Shown piece after piece: positions 41,801 to 54,152 of a stretch of 64,000 bases of DNA. A program made the translations under genes and the position numbers. Within the stretch, counting starts at the first letter, position 1. Each line of letters begins with the position of its first letter. Source of the DNA: Eledone cirrhosa (lineage: Eukaryota); assembly GCA_964016885.1 (NCBI GenBank), contig OZ024743.1, forward strand, positions 300,142,001-300,206,000, read 5' to 3'. The notes below the pieces were generated by a model. It made no database searches, had not been told where the DNA came from, and worked only from the letters and a program-made list of their open reading frames with translations.

Positions 41801-44800
41801 TCGGGCCTTGTAGCATCAGTTGCCCCACCCCTGTTATTTTAAGATAGAATTGGCCGAATACGTTTTACTAACTACTTATAGCAGATGTGTAAAAAACCCT
41901 TTAAGTTGGTATCTGTTTTGTAATTTCTATAAGTTTTTTTCTATTGTCAACTTATTAACCTGTAATTGTAAGATAGCATTGTGATTTCTTTATTCATTTC
42001 TCACTATCTAATTTTATATATTTTTTTTATTTTTTTATTTATTTTTATTTATTTCTAGTATCTTTTATTGTCACCTACTCTCTTTCGATTTACCTATTCT
42101 ATAACCTTCCTCCCCCACTTCATACACTATCGTTAGAATCTGAGGTATACATATCACTTTCAACGTTTGACCGCTCCACTCACTTCCCTATTGTTCTACA
42201 GGCAAATCCAGCCACCCCTACTTCCCACCAGAAGCCATGATAGACTTATTTGTGTTCACAACAAATTTTAACCAATCCTCTTGACAACTACAATCGTCCC
42301 ATATAAGGAAGTACCCCCTTGAAAAGTTCGGCTATTTATTCACCAGGCTAAAAATTCTAATTTAGTCCAGAAATAGCCAACAAAAGGGCTTGAGCTCTGC
42401 CGTCGGGGTCATACTGTTTCCTATTTCGCATTCTACTACACTAAGTATTGTGTACTCTGGTGCGTTATGGTCCATTTGGTTCCTTACCACAATTCCTTTG
42501 TTATTTAGCTCCTATCTCTGTAGTAGAGCACTTTCCGACCCTACCACGCCATATCCCGATTTTTCTATCCAGCTCAAGTTTCTTCACCCGCAGGATGCGA
42601 AAACACAACATCGACTTCTCCACCAAGAACATCCCAGTTCCCCCGAGAAAACTTTTTACCTTCGGATGCTCACGCAAAAAATCGACCTTTTTGTGAAATG
42701 ACTAAGATGGAGAACTTTTTTCTACGATAGATACCGCGTCAATATGGACTTCGACACCAAGGAGAGATTCGGATTCAATACCTACAAATCTCACCCTCCG
42801 AACCCTATGCTCTTACCCTTCGAGAACGACCTTTTCCACCTGGTCAAGAGCATTAAATTCAAACGCAGACACAACAGATTCCTACAACAACTCCGTAGCA
42901 AAATAACAGAGTATGAAAACACCAACGACATCATGGTGCACTCGGACAAAACTGGAAACCTCTACTTCGTTAACCCTGACACATACCACACACTGATCAG
43001 GAGCAGCCTAAATTCCACCTATAAAAAGGCTAACCATTCAACTTTCGAGGACATAAATCGAGATGGACAACAAATTACCTCTAGACTCGGGGTCGCCGAC
43101 CGCACTGAACCCCTAGACCCAGGGACTCCCTACTTCACACTGAAGGACCAATAATCCGACTTCGACCGCAAACCATCCATTAGGCTTATAAACCCAACGA
43201 AGTCGGACATATGGAGCATAAGTAAAAAGATCCTAGACCGAGTTATACCAAAAGTTAAGCAAAACGTGAGACTTAACTTATGGGTCAGCACCCAGGAAGT
43301 AATCTCATGGTTCAGGAATATGGAGGACAAACGAGACACAAAATGAATCCTGTTTGACATAGACAGTCACTATGCATTTATTACATTACCGCTCCTTACG
43401 GCCGCCTTGGACTTTGCTGATACACTCACGCCCATCACTGACCAGGAAAGAAATATCATTCTCCACGCCAGGAAGACAGTCCTATTTTCGACAACTCCAA
43501 GTGGATAAAGAGAGCTCCAGACTCCACCTTCGACGTCAGTATGGGCGCAACGCATTCGGCCGAGGTCACAAGTCTTATAGGATTATTCCTACTATTTAAA
43601 CTCACCGAAATATTTCCTGCATTCGGCGGTGGATTGTACTGGGATGATGGGCTGCTCACCCTCAAAGGGTACAACCCCAGTAGTACAGACCAGGACCGTA
43701 ATCAACTAATCAACTTCTTCCGGGACTGGCGATTTAAAATCACCGTACAAACGACCCTAACCCGAGTCAATATCCTGGTTGTTACCCTTAACCTCGAAAA
43801 TGATCTGTACTACCCATACAGGAAACCAAACAACAACCTGTACCACATCCACCGCTACTGTAACCATGCTAGAAACATGACCAATAACCTGGTTAAAAAC
43901 ATCTTCCTCCGCATATCTCGTCTGTCCGCTAAAGAGCAGATATTCGACGAATACGCGCCTCATTACAACCAGGCCCTCACGCGGAGTGGCTTCCGGGAGG
44001 AAATATCCTTTTATGCAGCTTCCCTTAGCGGAACCAGCAGGCGACACCGCCGCTCCGGAAACGTAACATGATTCAATCATCCCCAGAATGCCGAGGTGGC
44101 AACACCTATCGGGAAAATCTTCTTTAGACACCTCGAAAAACACTTCCCACTACAACACCGCTACCACAACATAATCAACAAAAACACCATCAAACTCTCC
44201 TGCAGCACCACACCTAACTTCGCAACAAAAGATCGTCTCCTCAAACATCAAAAAACTCAACCCCTATGGAAATAATATCCTAGACATCAGTGGAGAGCCG
44301 ACCAGGGGGTGTAACTGCCCTGATAGATCCACGTGCCCCCTCAACAACAAATGCCGAGAACATAACGTGATCTACCAGTGCAACGTGAGGACGGACACCT
44401 CCAACAAAACTTATATAGGATTAACCGCGTGTGACTTCAAGACCCAGCTCTACCAACACCGACACACTTTCCGAAACCCGGTTCGGCGACATGCCACTAC
44501 ACTGTCGGGCCACATCTGGGACCTGCAAGATAAAAATATAACCTACAATCTCACTTGGAGCTTACTGTCCGTGTAACTTATGCTCGGAGTAAATATTACA
44601 AATGCTGTTTTCGAAGGACCAACTCCTAAACAAGAAAGATCAACTGGTAACCGCATGCAAACACAGATTGCGTAGGACTTACCTCGCCCTCAAACCCTAT
44701 AACGACCCGGGTGGGTAGACAATGGCCTATACCCCCCCCCCCCCCCGCACACACACACTTGCCGAATAAGTTAGGGGAAACTACAGCTTACATAGGTAAA

Positions 44801-44982
44801 TATACCTCTTTTCTTTTCCTCTTTGTCTCCTTCTTCCCCCTGTCTCATCCTATCACTTCCTTCCACCCCCTATTTTCTTCTTCGTCTGCTTTCCCGTTCC
44901 GGCTACCCCGATGCAGCCCATCGGGCCTTGTAGCATCAGTTGCCTCACCCCTGTTATTTTAAGATAGAATTTGCCGAATATG
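38900..44982 (+). mobile_element. PLE family C compound locus: inverted 3' part 38900-40185, truncated copy 40185-41600, pLTR 41600-42497, near full-length tandem copy, partial pLTR to 44982
   Basis: 38900-40185 is the reverse complement of the GIY-YIG/pLTR region; tandem direct copies of RT-EN. Confidence 0.92.
42595..44718 (+). pseudogene. Near full-length PLE RT/GIY-YIG ORF with stops and frameshifts
   Basis: MRKHNIDFSTKNIP, HSDKTGN, RLINPTKS, FDI, MGATHSAE, YWDD, CNCPDRSTCPLNNKC, YIGLT..FK, LNKK. Confidence 0.88.
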
Positions 44983-45128
44983 TATAAAGTAAACACAGTA
45001 AACCCGTGTTAAAATTACGAGGGTAGATTACACCACAAATGTTATTTATCATTCAACCTGAATCATATGGGATTTTACAAGATTTGTTACAAGATTTCTC
45101 ATACATACCATATCAATAACCAGTTCAT

Positions 45129-45216
45129 CTCCTGGACAGACTAAAGATTTATTCTGTTTCGCACTGAATGAATCGTGTTTGTAACAAGTAATCCGTAGGC
45201 ATTTCGTCAGCAGGAG
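45129..45216 (-). ncRNA. Type-I hammerhead ribozyme (family F) within inverted repeat 44983-45203 / 45374-45597
   Basis: Minus strand: CTCCTG-CTGACGA-long stem II region-GAAA-CAGA..TCTG-TC-CAGGAG. Confidence 0.8.
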
Positions 45217-45591
45217 ATAAGATTAAATGTTACATAACACCCATAACAATAAACTCACTAAACCTTACACCTCGTGCGTTGAATTCATATGCCGTGCGAG
45301 TGGTTATGCTAGAAATAATAGCCTATTTACACTCATATTTACACAAATAATAGCATATTTACACTATTTAAATGAAATGCATACGGTTTACTTGTTACAA
45401 ACACGATTCATTCAGGGCGAAACAGATTAAATCTTTATTCTGTCTAGGATATGAAATGGTTAATGATATGGTATGTATGAGAAATATTGTAAGAAATCTT
45501 GTAAAATCTCATATGATTCAGGTTGAATGATATATAAGATTTGTGGTGTAATCTACCCTCGTAATTTTAGACACGGGTTTACAGTGTTTAC

Positions 45592-45643
<52 letters not shown>

Positions 45644-45734
45644 GAATTAAACAAGATTCAATGAGTACATCAAAGATTGAGTTTTATAGTACAATGGAAG
45701 CACTCTACAATTAAAAAGTTTTCCACAGTTATTA

Positions 45735-46227
<493 letters not shown>

Positions 46228-46232
46228 TATAA

Positions 46233-46291
<59 letters not shown>

Positions 46292-46292
<1 letters not shown>

Positions 46293-47180
46293 GAATGGTG
46301 TCAGAAAAGTTCCAGGACTGATGTCACAAATGTTTTATTTCAAACCCAAACTTCACACTAAGAGGTTTCTCCTTCAAAGTAATCCACCTGGAGTATGCAA
46401 CTGTGATCTTAGTACTCTGCAGCGATCAAACCTTTTTCTTCATAATTGTATATACATGTCCTCGGTTTCAGGTTGTCAAGCAATGAGCACAGAGCAACGA
46501 ACAAACTTGAAAACTCCGTCAGAAGCACTGGGATTGCTGCAGCAAGTGTATGGAGATGAGACGATGTCACGCTCACGTGTTTTTAATGGTGCAAGAGGTT
46601 TAAAGAAGGGCGCAAGTGTGTGGAAGATGACCCCAGAAGCAGAAGACCCTCAACAACCAGGGCTGAGGTCAACGTTGAGCGCGTCAGGCAGTTGGTGCGT
46701 AGCGATCGTCGGCCGACTGTTCGACTGATGGCAAATGAGCTGGGCATGAATCGGGACAGCGTCTGGAAGATTCTCACTGAAGATTTGGACATGCGGAAAG
46801 TCTACGCGAAGATGGTGCCAAAACTGCTGAACGATGATCAGAAGCGTGTGCAGGTGTGCCAGTACATACTCGAGCGTCTTCAAACCGAACCAGACTTGCT
46901 AGGGACAGTCATCACCGGTGATGAGTAATGGATCTTCGAGTACGACCCGGAGGGGACCCGTTTTGAAGACGTGGACGACATCAAAAAGGCCGTGACGACG
47001 GAACTGCGGAGGATACCGGAAGAATCCTTCCAGGAGTGCATGCAAGCGTGGCTGAAAAGGATGGAAACGTGCATTAGACTCCAGGGGGATTACTTTGAAG
47101 GGAAAAACTCTTAGTGTGAAGTTTGGGTTTAAAATAAATCTTTTGTGACATCAGTCCTGGGACTTTTCTGACACACCTCG
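46292..47180 (+). mobile_element. Internally deleted mariner with intact TIRs and TA target
   Basis: TIR CGA..TGTCAGAAAAGT.CCAGGACTGATGTCACAAA at both ends; [17 protein letters not shown] and VITGDE; jumps to RFEDVDDIK at about 46950. Confidence 0.92.
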
Positions 47181-47189
47181 TATATATAT

Positions 47190-48075
47190 ATTAAATGTAT
47201 ATATTGAGTTAGGAACTCAAACTGTAAAGTTGGGTGCTATTTTTAGCGGTGTGGGTTTGTGAGACTCGCTAGGATGCCATGTGCGCTCTTTTATATTTTA
47301 TATATAGCATACATAGATGTGTCTAGGATACTAATTCATCACCCACTGATGAGCTTGAATTAGTATTTCTATTAAAAATTAACTTTGCGAAAAAACAGCA
47401 AGTTGTCTAGGTGATTGGTAGTTACCACAATTCCGGTTTGTATTTATTTTCCTAATTTTTTCTTAAATTGAGACAAGCGAACCCAATTATCTATAGATAG
47501 TATTCTTTTCAACTTAGCGAATCTGGTCCTTTAAGATTTGAACACGTATATCTATATATCTGTGTTCGTTTTTCTTTTATATTCTATTATAATATACGGC
47601 TCAGAAATATCTCTTTCTTAGAGCTATTTTGTTGTAAGAGACTATTTTGAGGTCCTAACTCAATATATACATTAAATATATTTGACTCCGTTAATTTGTT
47701 GAGCTATTTCAAATGTCGAGTAAACCTGGCTGCTATTTTAGTGGTATGGGTATGTGAGACTCGCTAGGATGCCATGTGCGCTGTTTTATATTTTATATAT
47801 AGCATACATAGATGTGTCTAGGATAATAATTCATCACCCACTGATGAGCTTGGATTAGTATTTCTATTCACAATTAACTTTGCAAACCAACAACAAGTTG
47901 TCTGGGTGATTGGTAGTTACCACATTTCCGGTTTGTATTTATTTTCTTAATATTTTTCTTAAATTGTGACAAGCGAACCCAATTGTCTATAGTTAGTATT
48001 TTTTCACCTTAGCCGATTTGAAAACATATATCTATATATCTGTTTTTGTTTTTCTTTCATATTCTATTATAATAT
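47190..48075 (+). mobile_element. Tandem non-coding element family H (period about 495 bp) with hammerheads at 47338-47415 and 47833-47910
   Basis: ATCACCCA-CTGATGA-GC..GC-GAAA-..AAC..GTTG-TC-TRGGTGAT; second copy has lost GAAA; inverted piece 47190-47222. Confidence 0.8.
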
Positions 48076-48090
48076 ATATATATATATATA

Positions 48091-48922
48091 TACAAATAAA
48101 GATTCAGCGAGAATCGCATTTCGGCGAGCAGGAAAGGCGAAGGGAAATGCAAAAATCAGAAATAATACTGGCAAAGTGCTCAATAGTAAAAAAACAGAGC
48201 TAAACAATGTGTTAAGAAGCCATACAAAACTGAAAAGGTGGTCAAGCCAAAAACCAAATCAAGCTAAACAGGTCAACACAAAATAAATGATAACAAATAA
48301 ATGATAACCAGACCTGGACTCCCGGAATTGCTTTTAAAATCCGATGTAGAGTTTCTGTAACACCTAAATCAAAATACAGTCTGCTTAAAAATATAAGCTT
48401 TGGGTATAATGATCGAACAAGGAATATCACGTTATCAACAGGTATTTCGCTCTGTACCAAATAAGAGAATGACACGGCGGTAAGTTAAACCACTTGTGGA
48501 AATCACAAGAGGAATAACCCCAGATTTTGGCAAAGTAATTCAGTAAGCGTATATCATGCCAAAAAATAGCATAAATAGCACAAATCGAATAAGTTCTCAA
48601 CCGGGTGGTTTTAAAATTAACTTATACAATTAACCTGTCAATAGAAATTATTAACAAGTTAATTGTAAGACACGGGAGACTAATACAAAATAAAGATTCA
48701 GCCAGAATCGCCTTTCGGAGGGCAGGAAAAGAGAAGCGAAACGCAAAAATCAGAAATGATACTGGCAAAGTGCTCAATAGTTAAAAACCAGAGCTTAACA
48801 ATGTGTTAAGAAGCCATACAAAACTGAAAAGGTGGTCAAGAAGGCATTAATCACCCAAGCCAAAAACCAAATCAAGCTAAACAGGTCAAAACAAAATAAA
48901 TGATAAAAAATAAATGATAACC
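48091..48922. repeat. Direct repeat pair 48091-48310 and 48683-48922 between (TA)n tracts
   Basis: Shared aaataaagattcagc..gaatcgc..aaatgataacca. Confidence 0.8.
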
Positions 48923-49057
48923 ATATATATATATATTTATAAATGTATATATATATAACGAAGAAAGTGTGGTAAGGAGCCAGATGGACCATAATGCACG
49001 AAAGTTATCAATACTCTAGGGTAGTAGAGTGTTCCTATATATATATATATATATATA

Positions 49058-51005
49058 TAAAATAAAGTAAAATAAAAAGTCAAATGTTTAAAATATAGCT
49101 TCGTTTATTACTGCTATATATATTTCGGTGACAGCCATCTTTGGCTGTGACCTCTTCAGGCAGTCGGAATTAGTGTGGTATAGACAAGTACATATGTTGT
49201 TGAGGTGTATCATTTTGTCAATACTCTGATATGCCCAGTTCCTGGTTGGGTTGTTATTTCACTGAGGAACTGGAATCATATGAATTCAAACAAACGAATT
49301 TCAATGTCAAAGGGTCACTTCTCCTCTCATTGGTCAGTTGTTAGAACATTCCTCATTCAAAAGTCTATAGAAGTTCGTTCTGAGGCAAGCCAATCTGTAG
49401 TTGTTGTTCTTGTTATTGTTAGGTACATCTGACCTCAATTCTTGTGTTAGCCTGATAAACCTCAGAACCGACTTCTTCGGGACATGCAGACACCTTAGAG
49501 CCGGGCCCTTCCTCAAGATATATGGACAGTAGCAACACAAGATGTGAGCTCCCCTCAAGCAACAGAACATGTAGACACCTCTCGGCCAGACCTCCCTCAA
49601 GCTATATGGGCAGTAACAACACCCTAGGTTGGGAACTCCCCTCAAGACATAGGGAACAACCCAGGCTGAGCAGACACCATGATATCCTAGAGATTGAATC
49701 GGACACAGCCATTATAATTAGGCCAACATCTATATAACACAAACACATTTTAATTTACTTGATTTCTAATTTTCAAATTCCAATTGTAAATCTTGATTTC
49801 TCTTTATTAATTTGTTATTTGTTTTCTGTTCTCTTCGCTGTATCACCTTATATTTATTTTTAAGCTGAGATTAATTATAACACAAACACATTTTGTTTGA
49901 TTATCTTATTCTTTTATTATTATTTTAACATCTTGTCCCCATACTAATCTATCCAACATATTTCTGACCTTGAGATTGGTTATAGCACACACAAACTTTA
50001 TCCTACTTTATTTGAATCTTCATTTTATTTTTCACTTCTTCATATTCATTTTCATTACTTTTTCACCAATTTTTCATTTATTCTTTATTCTCTATTTATT
50101 ATTTATTTTCTGTTTTCTTCAATTATTGCCTTATATTTCTTCATATACATGGAATAACCCCACCCCCACCACCACCACGGGATATGGTGGCAGGAGGGAT
50201 GAAGAAAAAACACACACAAATACTTCTAAATTGTCAGCAGCAGCAAGGCATAAGCTGACCACAACACCAACAACACTACCGAAATAATGGTAAGGTCAAA
50301 TGTACTTAACAATAGCAAACACAAACACTACAGGGAGCCTCACCCCAGAAATAATTTCTATAGACTTCTGACTGAGGAATGCTTTCAAAACTGACCAATG
50401 GGAAGTTTGACATTTTTTTTTTGTTTTGTTATTTTTTGGTTGTTATTTTGTTGCTTTACCACCGTGTTCCTTCTACCACTTTATACATTTTTTAAGCTAA
50501 CTCCAACAATAACAACACTATCAACACAAGAATTGAGGTCAGATGTACCTAACAATAACAAGAACAACAACTACAGATTGGCTTGTCTCAGAACTAACTT
50601 CTATAGACTTTTGAATGAGGAATGTTCTAACAACTGACCAATGAGAGGAGTAGAGGCCCTTTGACACTGAAATTCGTTTGTTTGAATTCATATGATTCTA
50701 GTTCCTCAGTGAAATAACAACCCAACCAGGAACTGGGCATATCATAGTATTGACAACATTATACACCTCAACAACATATGTACTTGTCTATACCACACTA
50801 ATTCGGACTGCCTGAAGAGGTCACAGCCAAAGATGGCTGTCACCGAAATATATATAGCAGTAATAAACGAAGCTAAATTTTAAACATTTGACTTTTTATT
50901 TTACTTTATTTTACATTACTCCAGAATAACCAAACCAAACTGCGCACTTCGTCGAGTGCTCCAGTCTGCATACTGAGGTGTTGGTATACAACCAACATAT
51001 ACTCA
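49058..51005 (+). mobile_element. Non-coding element family J with inverted arms of about 390 bp (49058-49448 / 50523-50913)
   Basis: Highly similar inverted arms; the same peptide ELRSDVPNNN.. is called on both strands; (TA)n flanks. Confidence 0.85.
50807..50861 (+). ncRNA. Type-I minimal hammerhead ribozyme (family J); inverted copy at 49110-49164
   Basis: ACTGC-CTGAAGA-GGT.ACAGCCA AAGA TGGCTGT.ACC-GAAA-TATATA-TA-GCAGT, followed by AATAAA. Confidence 0.92.
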
Positions 51006-51022
51006 AAATCTCTCTCTCTCTC

Positions 51023-51056
<34 letters not shown>

Positions 51057-51059
<3 letters not shown>

Positions 51060-52411
51060 AGGTGTATTATTGGTTGTGTAAAACGGTCTAACAAATTTAT
51101 GTTAGCAATATTAAGTTCTCCACGCTTTTGTATATCTAGATGATGTAAAATGGAGTATAAGTATCAAAATAAAATCTGAAGGCAAGGTAAAATTCCAATC
51201 ATTTTAATCACGACACATGTTTCAATAAGAGATAGATCGATCGTAAAGCTATGATCAATTATCACTGATCTCATCAGGTGAAAATGAATTGTCTTCAAAT
51301 TCTTGATATGAGGGAGTAAATTAGCAATGTTCACACACAGAGTTTATTCCGTCATATGAAGATCCAGTAGTCATAAATACGGCGACTGCTATCAGCTTCA
51401 GTTAGAGTCATAAAACTGTCAAATCTCCATAGCTGCAAAGGACGCTGGACATTAATCAGATCTGCAGAAATACAGTCCGTCACAGTTAATGTGAGTGGGT
51501 ACACACACACTCTACACCCATACACACCGGCTCGAGGTCAAAGAAAAAAAAATATATATATATACACATATCAACACAGCATCAAACCTATAGAACTATA
51601 GAAGGTTACAATTAGTGTGAGTGGTTACACACACACCGAAGCGATGTCAGAAAAAAACAACAAATATAAGAATAAGAATATACCAACACAGCATTCACCG
51701 AAAGTTCGTTTACAAAATAACAAATGCTACATTGGTCAAATCACAATTTGACGATGTAAATTGGAAATATTGGGTTAACCACAGCCCCATACACATACAC
51801 ACACACACACAAGCAAGTAAGTTCAGTTCAGTGTTTTGTTATACATGTATAGATTGAATTGTAACATCCGTATCTTCAATTGTATGTTATGCTATATACA
51901 CATCCGTATCGTCCGAAAAAGTGTATGTCAGGTATATACACATCCATTTGAAGAGCGAGCAATCAGCTCATATCGAACTCAGTATGTACCGCTGTCCCAT
52001 TGAGAGTCTGAGTCCCCAAAACCGTGCGTGCAAGCTACCGCAATGTAGGGCAGCAAGGGGCTCCGTGTAGGGTTGGATATTTGGGTTAATGTGTCAGTAA
52101 ATGCGATTTCCGGTCAAATGGGCCCGTGGGCTTTTAAGATAGGTGTTTCAGTGGTGGAGGTGTGTTATATCCAACACAAAAAATAAAGTAAATAACAAAG
52201 GATAGCAAAACCCAGAGGATGTGTGATAGCAGTCGCCGTATTTCTGACTACTGGATCTTCATATGAGGGAATACACTCTGTGAGTGAACATTGCTAATTT
52301 TCTCCCTCATATCAAGAATTTGAAGACAATTCATTTTCACCTGATGAGATCAGTAATAATTGATCATGTCTTTACGATCGATCTATCTCTTATTGAAACA
52401 TGTGTCGTGAT
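51057..52411 (-). mobile_element. Decayed PLE-like element family K with inverted arms 51207-51394 / 52224-52411 and hammerheads at 51208-51281 (-) and 52337-52410 (+)
   Basis: TCAC-CTGATGA..GAAA-CATGTG-TC-GTGA; weak LPYI and YI..QLKIR remnant on minus at about 51860-52060. Confidence 0.78.
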
Positions 52412-52644
52412 ATATATATATGTGTGTGTGTTAGTGTATCTGTGTGTTTGTATGTGTGTCCTGTGTTGTTTCAGTCTGTGTGTATGTATGTATGAGCGTG
52501 CCTGCGTGAGTGCTTTTGTATAATGGTGAAGTTAATGATAATGTCGGATAGAACTAAACATATGACCATCTGTTAGGAATCTCATTTATTTACATGTAAT
52601 ACATAAAACTACACATACACACACACGACTCGTGTACGTATATA

Positions 52645-52830
52645 TAATTGTTTCTATGTTTGGCACAAGGCCAGCAATTACCTAGTGCATTACTGGTACT
52701 TTATTTTATCGACCCCGTAAGAATGAAAGCCAAAGTTAACTTCGGCGGGATTTGAACTCACAATGGCAAAGGCCTTAACTCGATGCGTTAAAGCATGGCG
52801 TCAGACCCTCTACCGATACTGCCAGTCCAC
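52645..52830 (-). mobile_element. Nin/Deu-domain SINE copy
   Basis: Reverse complement of the 19922 copy. Confidence 0.85.
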
Positions 52831-53969
52831 TATGCGTATGTCTTTGTAGGCCTTGTCGTGTATAAAGAAAAATATTCACCATTGTTGTCAATATCAGTTT
52901 TAATTTGTTATATGCATTTTCTTCTGAGAATCAGGGAACCAGATGTTATAACACATAATAAATATAATCATCTTTAGCAAAATAATCATCATATAAGGAT
53001 AATACAATTCTGCTCTATGAATGGAAAAAAATAATACCAAAGGATACTTGAGTGCTCAGGTTAACATTAATTTATGAAAATGTTTGTCCTTTTTCCATTG
53101 TCATGTGAAGTGTCATATTGTAGGGTGAAAAATTGATTACTCTTTTACAAGCATCAGCAGAATGGTGTTCCAATCTATATTCAAGGATTGTTAATGGCTT
53201 ATGTGGATCACGAACCATTAACAATACGTCTTTTCTGTAAACAAGTTTGAAACTACATGCATATTTTCACTTTGAAAATCTCTTTATGAGTTGACGTGTC
53301 TCGTTAACCGATTTTAATACAGAATCACGTTTACTTCTTTTGTACTTCGTCTTTCTTATGTATATGATGGCTCGGATAATAAGATCAAATATGATATTTC
53401 GCAGGCATTATTTGGAATGATCTTCACTTGAAGCTTAGTATGAATATAAATGTACGATCATTTTATGAAGCAACTCCTAAATGTATTAAATGCAAAAAGG
53501 AAAGAATAGAATATACATTGCAGTCTCTAATTGCCTGCATGCTACATGACAAGTGTTAGTTAGTTTGCATAATATTTGAGCTAGAATGTATGTCCAAAAA
53601 CTGTAAGCGATGCAATGTCTATTAAGACGATATTCATTCATAGTTGCATGCATGGTTTGCAGTGGGTTTAATCTAAATGACTTGAGTAAATGATAGGAAA
53701 TAGCGTAAATAATAAATGAACGACTCTGAAATAAATATGATAAAAGAACTAATTCGATACAATATTACTGAAAACAAAAAGTGGAAGAAGTTTAGTGTAC
53801 GCAGTATAGTTCCGCAGCATAGAAACATCGTAATATATTATTTAAATAGATCTATATTCATGTGTTTTATGAATCAAAATAATTCAATTACTACTCCTAA
53901 AGATGTGAGTATAAGCCACTGGACACATACCCACAAAGGCTTATGCATTTATATATCATTATTTTCCAC

Positions 53970-54152
53970 TGGGCGCTGTATTGGCAGTATCCGTAGAGGG
54001 CCGGACGCCTTGATTTGACGCATAGTTACTGTCATTGTCATTCTGAGTTCAAATCCCGCCGAGGTTAACTTTGCATTTGATCCTTACGGTATCGATAAAA
54101 TAAAATACCAGTAATGTTCTGGGGTTTTGCTGCCAAAAGTAGAAACAATTAT
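53970..54152 (+). mobile_element. Nin/Deu-domain SINE copy
   Basis: gttcaaatcccgccgaggttaactttgcatttgatccttacggtatcgataaaat. Confidence 0.85.

Noticed and set aside
42698-42701. In-frame TGA in the PLE ORF as possible selenocysteine recoding
   Set aside because: It sits where an Arg is expected and is best explained by CGA to TGA decay; the ORF has other lesions and no SECIS was identified
49480-49680. Short spaced repeats resembling a CRISPR array (also 59557-59945)
   Set aside because: Degenerate tandem duplications without unique spacers or cas genes, in eukaryotic DNA
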